Source of the DNA: Firmicutes bacterium UBA2203 | Lineage (GTDB): Bacteria; Bacillota; Desulfotomaculia; Desulfotomaculales; Nap2-2B | Direction: 5' to 3' | Assembly: GCA_002327235.1 (NCBI GenBank) | Contig: DCUX01000046.1 | Coordinates: 4,032 to 68,031 of the forward strand | DNA: 64,000 nucleotides | Shown here: positions 57,053-64,000 of the stretch, piece by piece | Numbering within the stretch: position 1 is the stretch's first letter | Layout: each line of letters opens with the position of its first letter | Translations under genes and position numbers: made by a program | The notes under the pieces: model-generated | The model's database searches: none | What the model was told of the DNA's origin: nothing | Seen by the model: only the letters and a program-made list of their open reading frames with translations

Positions 57053-57730
57053 GTGGAAGGGAAAAAAATAAGGGTGAAGCAGCGCTTTTTTTACTGTCCT
57101 AAATGCGGCGGAAATTTAAAATATAAACGGTACCGAGAGCGTCCCCGTTTGGTTTGCGTTAGGTGCAGTTATGTCTTTTATGAAAACCCGGCCGTAGGGG
57201 TAGCCGCCATTGTTTTAAATAAAGACAGGCAGATATTGCTAGGAAGGCGCGGTACCACATTGGTGGATATTAGTCATCAGATGTCGGGCGTTAGAAGAAA
57301 AAAACAAACTAATTCTTCAACCATACCGGCGACCGGCAATGAACAACCGGCGAGCTTATATAAAGGACTTTGGTGCATCCCCTGTGGCTACGTTGAATAC
57401 GATGAAGATGTTTACCAGGCGGTGATCCGGGAATTTAAAGAGGAAACCAATTTGGACATTATCTTAAATGGGGTTTTTACGGTACAGTCTAATTTCCATA
57501 ATCCTGAACTGCATACCGTAGGAATATGGTTTATGGCTAAAGTAACGGGGGGAGAATTGCGGGCGGGAGACGATTTAGACCAACTGGCTTATTGTAGTTT
57601 AACTGACCCGCCACCGCTTGCTTTTCCTACGGATAAAATTGTCCTGGACATGCTGGCTAAAACCTTTCAGGTAGGCACAGAGGAGCAAAGGCACAGAGGC
57701 ACAAAGGGAAATGAAACAACCATGCTGTAG
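57053..57730 (+). CDS. NUDIX hydrolase with N-terminal zinc ribbon, an internal ~30-aa insertion and a repeat-derived C-terminal tail
   Basis: CPKCGG...CVRC ribbon. Nudix box GYVEYDEDVYQAVIREFKEETNL. About 40 residues lie between LLGRRG and GLW, where I recall roughly 8-10 in NUDIX proteins. The last ~20 codons lie in the family-D element. Confidence 0.75.
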   Translation: MEGKKIRVKQRFFYCPKCGGNLKYKRYRERPRLVCVRCSYVFYENPAVGVAAIVLNKDRQILLGRRGTTLVDISHQMSGVRRKKQTNSSTIPATGNEQPASLYKGLWCIPCGYVEYDEDVYQAVIREFKEETNLDIILNGVFTVQSNFHNPELHTVGIWFMAKVTGGELRAGDDLDQLAYCSLTDPPPLAFPTDKIVLDMLAKTFQVGTEEQRHRGTKGNETTML

Positions 57731-57850
57731 GGGCATATTGCAATACGCCCCTACAAAGGAGAATGAAAATCCAAGGATTTTCGGATGAAAACATATAGAG
57801 ATCTGCAGGTCTGGCAAAAAAACTTTGTGCCTTTGAACCTGAGTAGTTAC
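57666..57850. mobile_element. Family-D element lacking its left terminal repeat, carrying a nested variant family-A palindrome (57727-57754)
   Basis: TTCAGGTAGGCAC... shared with 36155. Right end ...CTGGCAAAAAAACTTTGTGCCTTTGAACCTGAGTAGTTAC shared with 36305-36352. Nested GTAGGGGCATATTGCAATACGCCCCTAC contains the NUDIX TAG stop. Confidence 0.7.
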
Positions 57851-57864
57851 ACAATAACGGAAAA

Positions 57865-58842
57865 ATGAAAAAACAAATTTTATATTTATTGAAAAATGGT
57901 TATCCACAAGCTGTTTCAGGAGAAAGTATATGTAAAGCTCTGGGCGTTTCCAGGACCTCGGTATGGAAACATATCCAGGTGCTGCGTAAAGATGGATACG
58001 AAATAGCGGCTCAGCCCAACGTTGGTTACCGCCTGGTGAGTGTGCCTGATTTTTTATACCCGGAAGAAGTTACCTATAATTTGGATACTGATTTTTTGGG
58101 TCGCACGGTTTATTATTATAAGGAGGCAGATTCAACAAATCAAATAGCTAAAGGTTTAGCCAGGCAGGGGGCGGCCGATGGCAGCCTGGTAGTTGCTGAA
58201 GCGCAAAGTGCGGGTCACGGCCGCCTATCGAGAGGCTGGTTTTCCCCTTACGGCAAAGGAATATGGTGTTCGGTTATCCTTTACCCGAAAATTAATCCAA
58301 TTGAGGTACCGCCAATAACTATGTTAACATCGGTAGCCATAGCCCGGGCAATAAAGGAGGTAGTTGGGATCGAAGCCGGCATTAAGTGGCCTAATGATAT
58401 ATACCTTAAGGGGAAAAAGGTGTGTGGCATTCTCACGGAAATGGGGGCCGAGATGGAGCAGGTAAAGTATCTGGTTTTAGGGGTAGGCCTTAATGTAAAT
58501 ATTGAGGCGGAAGACTTTCCCTCCCCTTTAAAAGAAGTAGCCACTTCTTTAAAAATTGAAAGCACTCAGCCCGTAAGCCGGCTGCGTCTTTTGCAGGTGA
58601 TTTTAAAGGAACTAGAAAAGTTATATTTTGTTTGGCTAAAAGAAGGATTTGCTCCGATTCTAATCCAATGGAAAAAGTTATGTGTGCACCTGCCTGGTTT
58701 AGTGCGTCTGGACAGCTTAAAAGAAAGCTGGGAAGGATGGACGGAAGATGTTGATTTAAGTGGGGCCTTATTATTGCGCTTATCCACCGGGGAGATACGT
58801 CGTTTTATCACGGGGGAAATTTCTTTGCGTGAGGTGACTTAA
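57865..58842 (+). CDS. birA: Bifunctional biotin-[acetyl-CoA-carboxylase] ligase / biotin operon repressor
   Basis: 325 aa. N-terminal w[15 protein letters not shown] and KWPNDI motifs. Confidence 0.9.
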   Translation: MKKQILYLLKNGYPQAVSGESICKALGVSRTSVWKHIQVLRKDGYEIAAQPNVGYRLVSVPDFLYPEEVTYNLDTDFLGRTVYYYKEADSTNQIAKGLARQGAADGSLVVAEAQSAGHGRLSRGWFSPYGKGIWCSVILYPKINPIEVPPITMLTSVAIARAIKEVVGIEAGIKWPNDIYLKGKKVCGILTEMGAEMEQVKYLVLGVGLNVNIEAEDFPSPLKEVATSLKIESTQPVSRLRLLQVILKELEKLYFVWLKEGFAPILIQWKKLCVHLPGLVRLDSLKESWEGWTEDVDLSGALLLRLSTGEIRRFITGEISLREVT

Positions 58843-58847
58843 AATAT

Positions 58848-59630
58848 ATGCTTTTAGGGTTTGATGTGGGCAACACTAATATTGTCTTAGGGGTATATCA
58901 GCATAAAGAATTGCTGAAACACTGGCGTTTGTCTACTTTTCCTTACCGTACGGCTGATGAGTACGGGATGTTGTTAATGGATCTTTTTGGCCATGCCGGT
59001 ATCATTTTTCAAGATATTAAAGCCTTAATTATTTCCTCGGTGGTTCCTCCTCTTATGCTGGCTTTAGAACAAATGGCAAAGAATTACTTTAATTTAACTC
59101 CTTTAATTGTTGGGCCCGGCATAAAAACAGGTATGCCTATAAAATATGAAAATCCGCGTGAAATTGGGGCCGACCGGATTGTCAATGCCGTTGCCGGACA
59201 CGCTTTATACGGTAGCCCGCTTATTATCGTAGATTTTGGCACCGCCACCACTTTTTGCGTTATTTCCGCACACGGGGAATATTTGGGAGGGGCTATCGCT
59301 CCAGGGATTAATATTTCGACCGAAGCCTTGTTTACCCGGGCGGCCAAACTCCCCCGCGTTGAACTGGTAAAACCCCCCACCGTTATCGGTAAAAATACGG
59401 TTAACAGTATGCAGTCAGGTATTCTTTACGGTTTCGTGGGTCAGGTTGACGAAATTGTTCGCCGGATTAGAAAAGAACTGGGGGAGAATCCCTTTGTCCT
59501 GGCTACGGGAGGGTTGGCGGAGCTAATTGCCAAAGAATCAAGCACAATTAACGAGGTTGATCCTTTGCTTACTTTAAAAGGATTACAAATTATTTACGAG
59601 CGCAACAGCCAGTTGGAAGTTGGAAGTTAG
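58848..59630 (+). CDS. coaX: Type III pantothenate kinase
   Basis: 260 aa. [11 protein letters not shown] start, GADR and DFGTATT motifs. The last 6 codons and TAG lie in a family-B repeat. Confidence 0.9.
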   Translation: MLLGFDVGNTNIVLGVYQHKELLKHWRLSTFPYRTADEYGMLLMDLFGHAGIIFQDIKALIISSVVPPLMLALEQMAKNYFNLTPLIVGPGIKTGMPIKYENPREIGADRIVNAVAGHALYGSPLIIVDFGTATTFCVISAHGEYLGGAIAPGINISTEALFTRAAKLPRVELVKPPTVIGKNTVNSMQSGILYGFVGQVDEIVRRIRKELGENPFVLATGGLAELIAKESSTINEVDPLLTLKGLQIIYERNSQLEVGS

Positions 59631-59682
59631 AAGTTGGAAGTTGGAATTAAAAAGTTCCAACTTCCAACCTCCAATCGGAGGT
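59611..59682. repeat. Family-B hexamer-periodic hairpin ending in CCAATCGGAGGT
   Basis: AGTTGGAAGTTGGAAGTTAGAAGTTGGAAGTTGGAATTAAAAAGTTCCAACTTCCAACCTCCAATCGGAGGT. Holds the coaX stop (59628-59630) and the nadE SD (GGAGG 5 nt before ATG 59687). Confidence 0.85.
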
Positions 59683-59686
59683 AAAG

Positions 59687-61468
59687 ATGAGAATTGCCCT
59701 TGCCCAACTCAACCCTATAATTGCCAATATTAAGTATAATACGGTTAGGATTTTACAGGCTATAGATTTTGCCGGCCGGTTAAAAGCTGATTTAGTTATC
59801 TTTCCTGAACTGGCGATAATAGGTTACCCGCCGCGCGATCTTTTGTGGCGCCAGGATATTTTAGAGCAGGTAGAAACAGCTTTAAAAAAAGATATCGCGC
59901 CCAAAAGCAGAGAGCTAGGAGTGCTAATTGGGGCTCCGGTAGTTGATGCCGGGAATCTTTACAATGCGGCCTTGCTTTTTTACGAAGGCAGGCTATTGGG
60001 TCGCCAGGATAAAACATTGCTGCCGGATTATGATGTCTTTGAAGAAAACCGGTATTTTAAACCGGCCCTAAAACGCGAACCGCTTTTATTTAAAGGAGTA
60101 AAGTTTGGTCTGACCGTTTGCGAAGACATTTGGAACGATAAAGATTACTGGAACAGGCGCCATTACTCGGTTGATCCCGTGGAAGAATTAATTGCCCAAG
60201 GGGCAGATTTGATCATTAATATTTCTGCTTCCCCTTATTATTACGGTAAGATTGATTTGCGCTCCGATATGCTGCAAAAAATGGCCGCTAAGTATCAAAA
60301 AATTTTTATTTACGCTAACCAAGTGGGCGGTAATGATGAGCTTATTTTTGACGGGTCCAGTTTAGCCGTTAATTCTAAAGGGGAAATAATAGGCCGGGCC
60401 GGAAGCTTTGGTGAAGATATGCTGTTCTTTAGCCTTTGGAGGGGCGTTAAATTTAACGCCCCTACTATGTACTTAGAAAGTTGGGCACCTGCCCGTCAGG
60501 CTGGCAGAAGGAATAATGATGGTATGATAAATAATCTAACAGCCTGCCAGACAGGCGGGCAGACAGTCGGGAAGGATAAAGAGGAGCGTTTTCCTCAAAA
60601 AATTTACTACGCGTCCTCGCCGGAGGATATAGGTTGTCTTTATCATGCTCTGGTGCTAGGAATTAAGGATTATTTGCGCAAAACCGGCTTTAAACGGGTC
60701 CTGGTGGGTTTAAGCGGGGGCATTGATTCTTCTGTTGTTGCTGCTCTTTCTGCTGCTGCCTGCGGTAAGGAAAATGTTTTAGGGGTGGCCATGCCCTCAA
60801 AATACTCTTCCCCGGGCAGCCTAGCCGATGCACGCCAGTTGGCTTTAAACCTGGGTATAGCGTACCGGGAAATACCTATTCAAGATATCTTTGATAAATA
60901 TCTGGCCACTTTAAACAAAGAAGGCGTTCCTCTGGTTGATTTGGCCGAAGAAAATATTCAGGCCCGCATTCGCGGCAATATTTTAATGTTCATTTCTAAC
61001 CGGGAGGGTTACCTTACCTTAAGCACGGGAAACAAATCGGAGTTGGCGGTAGGGTACTGCACCCTTTACGGGGACATGTGCGGCGGTCTGGCCGTTATTT
61101 CTGACGTCCCTAAAACAATGGTTTATGTTTTGGCCAGGTACATTAACCGGGAACGGGAAATCATCCCCGCCTCAGTGCTGGTTAAGCCTCCCTCTGCCGA
61201 ACTAAGGCCGAACCAAACCGATCAAGATTCTTTACCCCCTTACGAAATCCTGGACGCTATCTTGCACCTGTATATTGAAGAAAATAAACCGGCGGCCGAA
61301 ATTATCGCCGCCGGCTATGATGCGGCACTAGTGCGGGAAATTATCCGAAAAATTGACCGGGCAGAATATAAACGGCGCCAAGCTGCCCTGGGTCTTAAAG
61401 TAACCACCAAGGCCTTTGGTATGGGGCGGCGGATACCCATTGCGTGGCAGCAGCCAATTAGAAGTTAG
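59687..61468 (+). CDS. nadE: Glutamine-dependent NAD+ synthetase (CN-hydrolase + NAD synthetase domains) with repeat-derived in-frame insertion in the interdomain linker
   Basis: 593 aa. N-terminal nitrilase-type domain (FPELAIIGYPP..., C in GLTVCEDIW). C-terminal GLSGGIDSS PP-loop. Insertion at about residues 251-292. Confidence 0.9.
   Translation: MRIALAQLNPIIANIKYNTVRILQAIDFAGRLKADLVIFPELAIIGYPPRDLLWRQDILEQVETALKKDIAPKSRELGVLIGAPVVDAGNLYNAALLFYEGRLLGRQDKTLLPDYDVFEENRYFKPALKREPLLFKGVKFGLTVCEDIWNDKDYWNRRHYSVDPVEELIAQGADLIINISASPYYYGKIDLRSDMLQKMAAKYQKIFIYANQVGGNDELIFDGSSLAVNSKGEIIGRAGSFGEDMLFFSLWRGVKFNAPTMYLESWAPARQAGRRNNDGMINNLTACQTGGQTVGKDKEERFPQKIYYASSPEDIGCLYHALVLGIKDYLRKTGFKRVLVGLSGGIDSSVVAALSAAACGKENVLGVAMPSKYSSPGSLADARQLALNLGIAYREIPIQDIFDKYLATLNKEGVPLVDLAEENIQARIRGNILMFISNREGYLTLSTGNKSELAVGYCTLYGDMCGGLAVISDVPKTMVYVLARYINREREIIPASVLVKPPSAELRPNQTDQDSLPPYEILDAILHLYIEENKPAAEIIAAGYDAALVREIIRKIDRAEYKRRQAALGLKVTTKAFGMGRRIPIAWQQPIRS
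60438..60562. repeat. Family-A palindrome (60438-60465) plus family-E palindrome (60486-60562) inside the nadE reading frame
   Basis: GGAGGGGCGTTAAATTTAACGCCCCTAC (27/28 to canonical). CACCTGCCCGTCAGGCTGGCAG...AGCCTGCCAGACAGGCGGGCAG resembles 36181-36255. Translated as WRGVKFNAPT...WAPARQAGRR...LTACQTGGQT without stops. Confidence 0.85.
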
Positions 61469-61528
61469 AAGTTAGAATTAAAAAGTTCCAACCTCCAACC
61501 TCCAACCTCCAACTTCCAACTTCCAACC
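61458..61528. repeat. Family-B hexamer-periodic hairpin
   Basis: TTAGAAGTTAGAAGTTAGAATTAAAAAGTTCCAACCTCCAACCTCCAACCTCCAACTTCCAACTTCCAACC. Holds the nadE TAG stop (61466-61468). Confidence 0.85.
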
Positions 61529-61575
61529 ACGATAAGACAGGCCTTCGGCCTGCCCAAGCAAAGCGAGGAATTTAT

Positions 61576-62982
61576 TTGGCGGAGCATTTACAGGTTATTC
61601 TAGCGATTGCTATTTTTTTACTTACTTACGCCGTAATTATATCGGAGAAAATTCACCGGGCCGTGGCCGCCATGATTGGGGCCGCTTTACTGGCCCTAAC
61701 CCAAATTTTAAGCGTTGAACAGGCTGTTCAGGCCATTGACTTTAACACCATCGGTTTATTAATTGGGATGATGATTATTGTCGGTATCACCAGACAAACC
61801 GGTTTTTTTGAGTATATGGCTATAAAAGCGGCCAAGTTAGGAAAAGGCGAGCCTTTTCGAATTATCGGCTCTTTAGCGCTGGTCACGGCAGTAACCTCTG
61901 CTTTTTTAGATAATGTTACTACGGTATTGCTTATTGTTCCCGTGACCTTTGCCATTGCAAAACAGCTTGAAGTCAGCCCTATCCCCTTTTTAGTGGCGGA
62001 AATAATTTCTTCTAATATTGGCGGCACCGCCACGCTTATTGGAGACCCGCCTAACATCATGATCGGCAGCAGGGCCGGCCTGGGTTTTATGGACTTTTTT
62101 CTTAACCTGACCCCGGTTATTATCGTTATTTTTATTATTACCATTTTAGCTATCCAGGTTATTTATCGCCGGCAACTCTTTACCCGCCCGGAATTGCAGG
62201 AAAACATCCAGCAGTTAAACGAAAAAGATGAGATTAAGGATTACCTTTTACTAAAGAAATGTTTGATTGTAATTACCTTGACGGTAGCCGGATTTGTTTT
62301 ACACCAGTACCTGCACCTGGAATCTTCGGTAATTGCCTTAAGCGGGGCTAGTTTGCTGCTCCTGATTACCAGAGAGGACCCGGCTAAGGTCTTTCAGACG
62401 GTAGAATGGCCGGTGATTTTCTTTTTTGTGGGTTTATTTGTTGTCGTTGGGGCCCTGGATAAGGTTGGGGTAATTGAAAAGATAGCCAAATTTTCCTTAG
62501 ACGTAACTAAGGGAGCATTAGTTCCAACCGCCACCTTAATCTTATGGCTTTCGGCAGTTGCCTCTGCCTTTGTAGACAATATTCCTTTTGTAGCCACGAT
62601 GATTCCGCTTATCCAGGATATGGGGAGACTGGGTCACATAAGCAATCTGAACCTGCTTTGGTGGAGCTTGTCTCTGGGAGCTTGTTTAGGGGGCAACGGA
62701 ACGATCATAGGGGCGTCGGCCAACGTGGTGGTGGTTGGAATGGCCGAAAAAAAAGGGTTTCTTATTTCCTTTATTAGCTACCTAAAGGTCGCTTTTCCTT
62801 TAATGATTATGTCTATTATTGTTTCTCACCTTTACTTATTGTTTTGGCACCATTATCCCGGTCTGATATCCTTTGCGGGTACATTGCTGGCCGCGGTTAT
62901 TTTGGGACTAGCTTCAAGGCTGCTTAACGGCCGGTTAATCAAACGAGAGCAGTATAAAACAAAAATTGAACCGGATATTTAA
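61576..62982 (+). CDS. ArsB/NhaD-superfamily permease (YbiR/citrate-transporter-like)
   Basis: 468 aa, about 12 TM. ...FLDNVTTVLL..P... and ...GGTATLIGDPPNIMI... motifs, repeated in the second half (FVDNIPFVATMIP; GGNGTIIGASANVV). Confidence 0.75.
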   Translation: MAEHLQVILAIAIFLLTYAVIISEKIHRAVAAMIGAALLALTQILSVEQAVQAIDFNTIGLLIGMMIIVGITRQTGFFEYMAIKAAKLGKGEPFRIIGSLALVTAVTSAFLDNVTTVLLIVPVTFAIAKQLEVSPIPFLVAEIISSNIGGTATLIGDPPNIMIGSRAGLGFMDFFLNLTPVIIVIFIITILAIQVIYRRQLFTRPELQENIQQLNEKDEIKDYLLLKKCLIVITLTVAGFVLHQYLHLESSVIALSGASLLLLITREDPAKVFQTVEWPVIFFFVGLFVVVGALDKVGVIEKIAKFSLDVTKGALVPTATLILWLSAVASAFVDNIPFVATMIPLIQDMGRLGHISNLNLLWWSLSLGACLGGNGTIIGASANVVVVGMAEKKGFLISFISYLKVAFPLMIMSIIVSHLYLLFWHHYPGLISFAGTLLAAVILGLASRLLNGRLIKREQYKTKIEPDI

Positions 62983-62991
62983 CCCGGATAA

Positions 62992-63019
62992 GTAGGGGCG
63001 TTAAATTTAACGCCCCTAC
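62992..63019. repeat. Family-A 28-bp palindrome (canonical)
   Basis: GTAGGGGCGTTAAATTTAACGCCCCTAC, between the permease stop and the rmuC SD. Confidence 0.9.
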
Positions 63020-63041
63020 TTGGAGGAAAGGAGGAAACAAG

Positions 63042-64000
63042 ATGCCTAACATTATTATCATAGGACTTTTATTTTTGTTGATTTTAGGGGTAATTGTGCT
63101 TCAAATTATTCTCTGGTCAAAATTAAAAGAATTAAACCCTTTAATACGTCCTGTTAACGATAATTTTGTTAACTTAAATAACTCCTTTCAACAGTTAAAT
63201 TTTGGCTTGACCGTCTTAAGTAAAACACAGGAAAAAATCGAATATTCCCTGCGCGAAGAGATAGGGAAAAACAGGGAAGAAGTTACGGGTTCTTTAAATC
63301 TTTTTGGCGGGTCTATATCAGCCCGGATAGCCGAAATGGCAACCCTTCAACAAAACCAGTTGGATGGAGTGTTAAAACAAATCAACGCCCTGACCCAATC
63401 AAACGAACAAAAATTAGAAACAGTAAGAGCCACCGTTGAGGGAAACCTTCGCTACCTTCAGGAAAACAACGCTAAGAAACTGGAAGAAATGCGGGCTACG
63501 GTGGACGAAAAATTGCACCATACGCTGGAGCAAAGATTAGGTGAATCGTTTAAGCTGGTCAGCGAACGTTTAGAACAGGTATATAAGGGCCTGGGGGAAA
63601 TGCAGACGTTGGCCGTCGGCGTGGGTGACCTCAAAAAAGTGCTCACTAACGTTAAGGCCCGGGGTATCTTTGGCGAAATTCAGTTGGGAAATATTCTGGA
63701 AGAAATACTCATTCCTGAACAGTATCTTAAAAACGTACCGACTAAAAAGAACAGCAGTGAAATAGTAGAGTACGCCGTGAAGCTGCCAGGTCCGGATGAT
63801 GCTGGGCCGGTGCTTTTGCCTATTGACGCTAAATTTTCCCAGGAAGACTATTTGCGTTTGTTGGACGCCTATGAAACAGGTAATGTAGAATTAATTGAGC
63901 AGGCAGGTAAAGGCTTGGAAAGCAGGATTAAGTCCCAGGCTAAAGACATTTGCGCTAAGTACATTTCAGTTCCCGAAACTACCGATTTTGGCATAATGTT
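63042..64000 (+). CDS. rmuC: DNA recombination protein RmuC (5' part; runs off the window)
   Basis: ATG 63042 after GGAGGAAAGGAGG. N-terminal TM, long coiled coil, then ...GDLKKVLTNVKARGIFGEIQLGNILEE...LPIDAKF is diagnostic. It has no stop within the window and is therefore absent from the ORF track. Confidence 0.85.
   Translation, partial: MPNIIIIGLLFLLILGVIVLQIILWSKLKELNPLIRPVNDNFVNLNNSFQQLNFGLTVLSKTQEKIEYSLREEIGKNREEVTGSLNLFGGSISARIAEMATLQQNQLDGVLKQINALTQSNEQKLETVRATVEGNLRYLQENNAKKLEEMRATVDEKLHHTLEQRLGESFKLVSERLEQVYKGLGEMQTLAVGVGDLKKVLTNVKARGIFGEIQLGNILEEILIPEQYLKNVPTKKNSSEIVEYAVKLPGPDDAGPVLLPIDAKFSQEDYLRLLDAYETGNVELIEQAGKGLESRIKSQAKDICAKYISVPETTDFGIM

Noticed and set aside
48525-61528. 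Family-B GGAAGT-periodic repeats considered as a possible CRISPR array or coding microsatellite
   Set aside because: The units are 6-bp periodic arms of single inverted-repeat hairpins at dispersed loci. There are no repeat-spacer alternation, no unique spacers and no cas genes.

Overview
The window looks like chromosome from an endospore-forming, moderately AT-rich Firmicute. Gene content is Clostridia/Peptococcaceae-like: spoIIGA-sigE-sigG-spoIIR-ylmC, an alpha/beta SASP, and rqcH/Ca-ATPase ... yicC-remA-gmk-rpoZ-coaBC synteny. The species cannot be established from the sequence alone. The two halves differ sharply.

(1) About 1-23.5 kb is accessory, decaying DNA.
- A 3' half of a tRNA-Cys with its terminator suggests the right end of an integrated element.
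- A Uma2 endonuclease gene follows.
- A cobalamin riboswitch gates a 35-codon ORF that is translationally coupled to a radical SAM/SPASM enzyme (a RiPP-like cassette).
- There is a four-subunit 2-oxoacid:ferredoxin oxidoreductase operon.
- A ~14 kb stretch (9.3-23.5 kb) holds at least 10 gene disruptions: a hisF fragment fused to an IS1182-type remnant, a dehydratase/activase deletion fusion, an ABC permease with an in-frame TGA, an ABC ATPase with a GGCC-repeat frameshift, and truncated or frameshifted DsrE/YedF, zinc-ribbon and P-loop ATPase genes. A 61-bp direct repeat of a SASP gene 5' end brackets this stretch.

(2) About 23.5-64 kb is intact housekeeping DNA. It encodes DAP synthesis, remA-gmk-rpoZ-coaBC, an MMPL transporter, queDC(DUF366)E-folE, surE, the sporulation sigma cluster, panE-like/panBCD, nadBC, NUDIX, birA, coaX, nadE, an ArsB/NhaD permease and rmuC. 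At least five interlinked families of small palindromic/MITE-like repeats have colonised this half.
- The repeats nest in one another.
- They supply TAG stop codons and Shine-Dalgarno sequences to flanking genes.
- One copy carries an 8-bp target-site duplication.
- Two repeat modules sit in frame inside nadE.

No rRNA, intact tRNA or CRISPR array was seen. All calls rest on reading the ORF translations and the DNA by eye. No database search was run.
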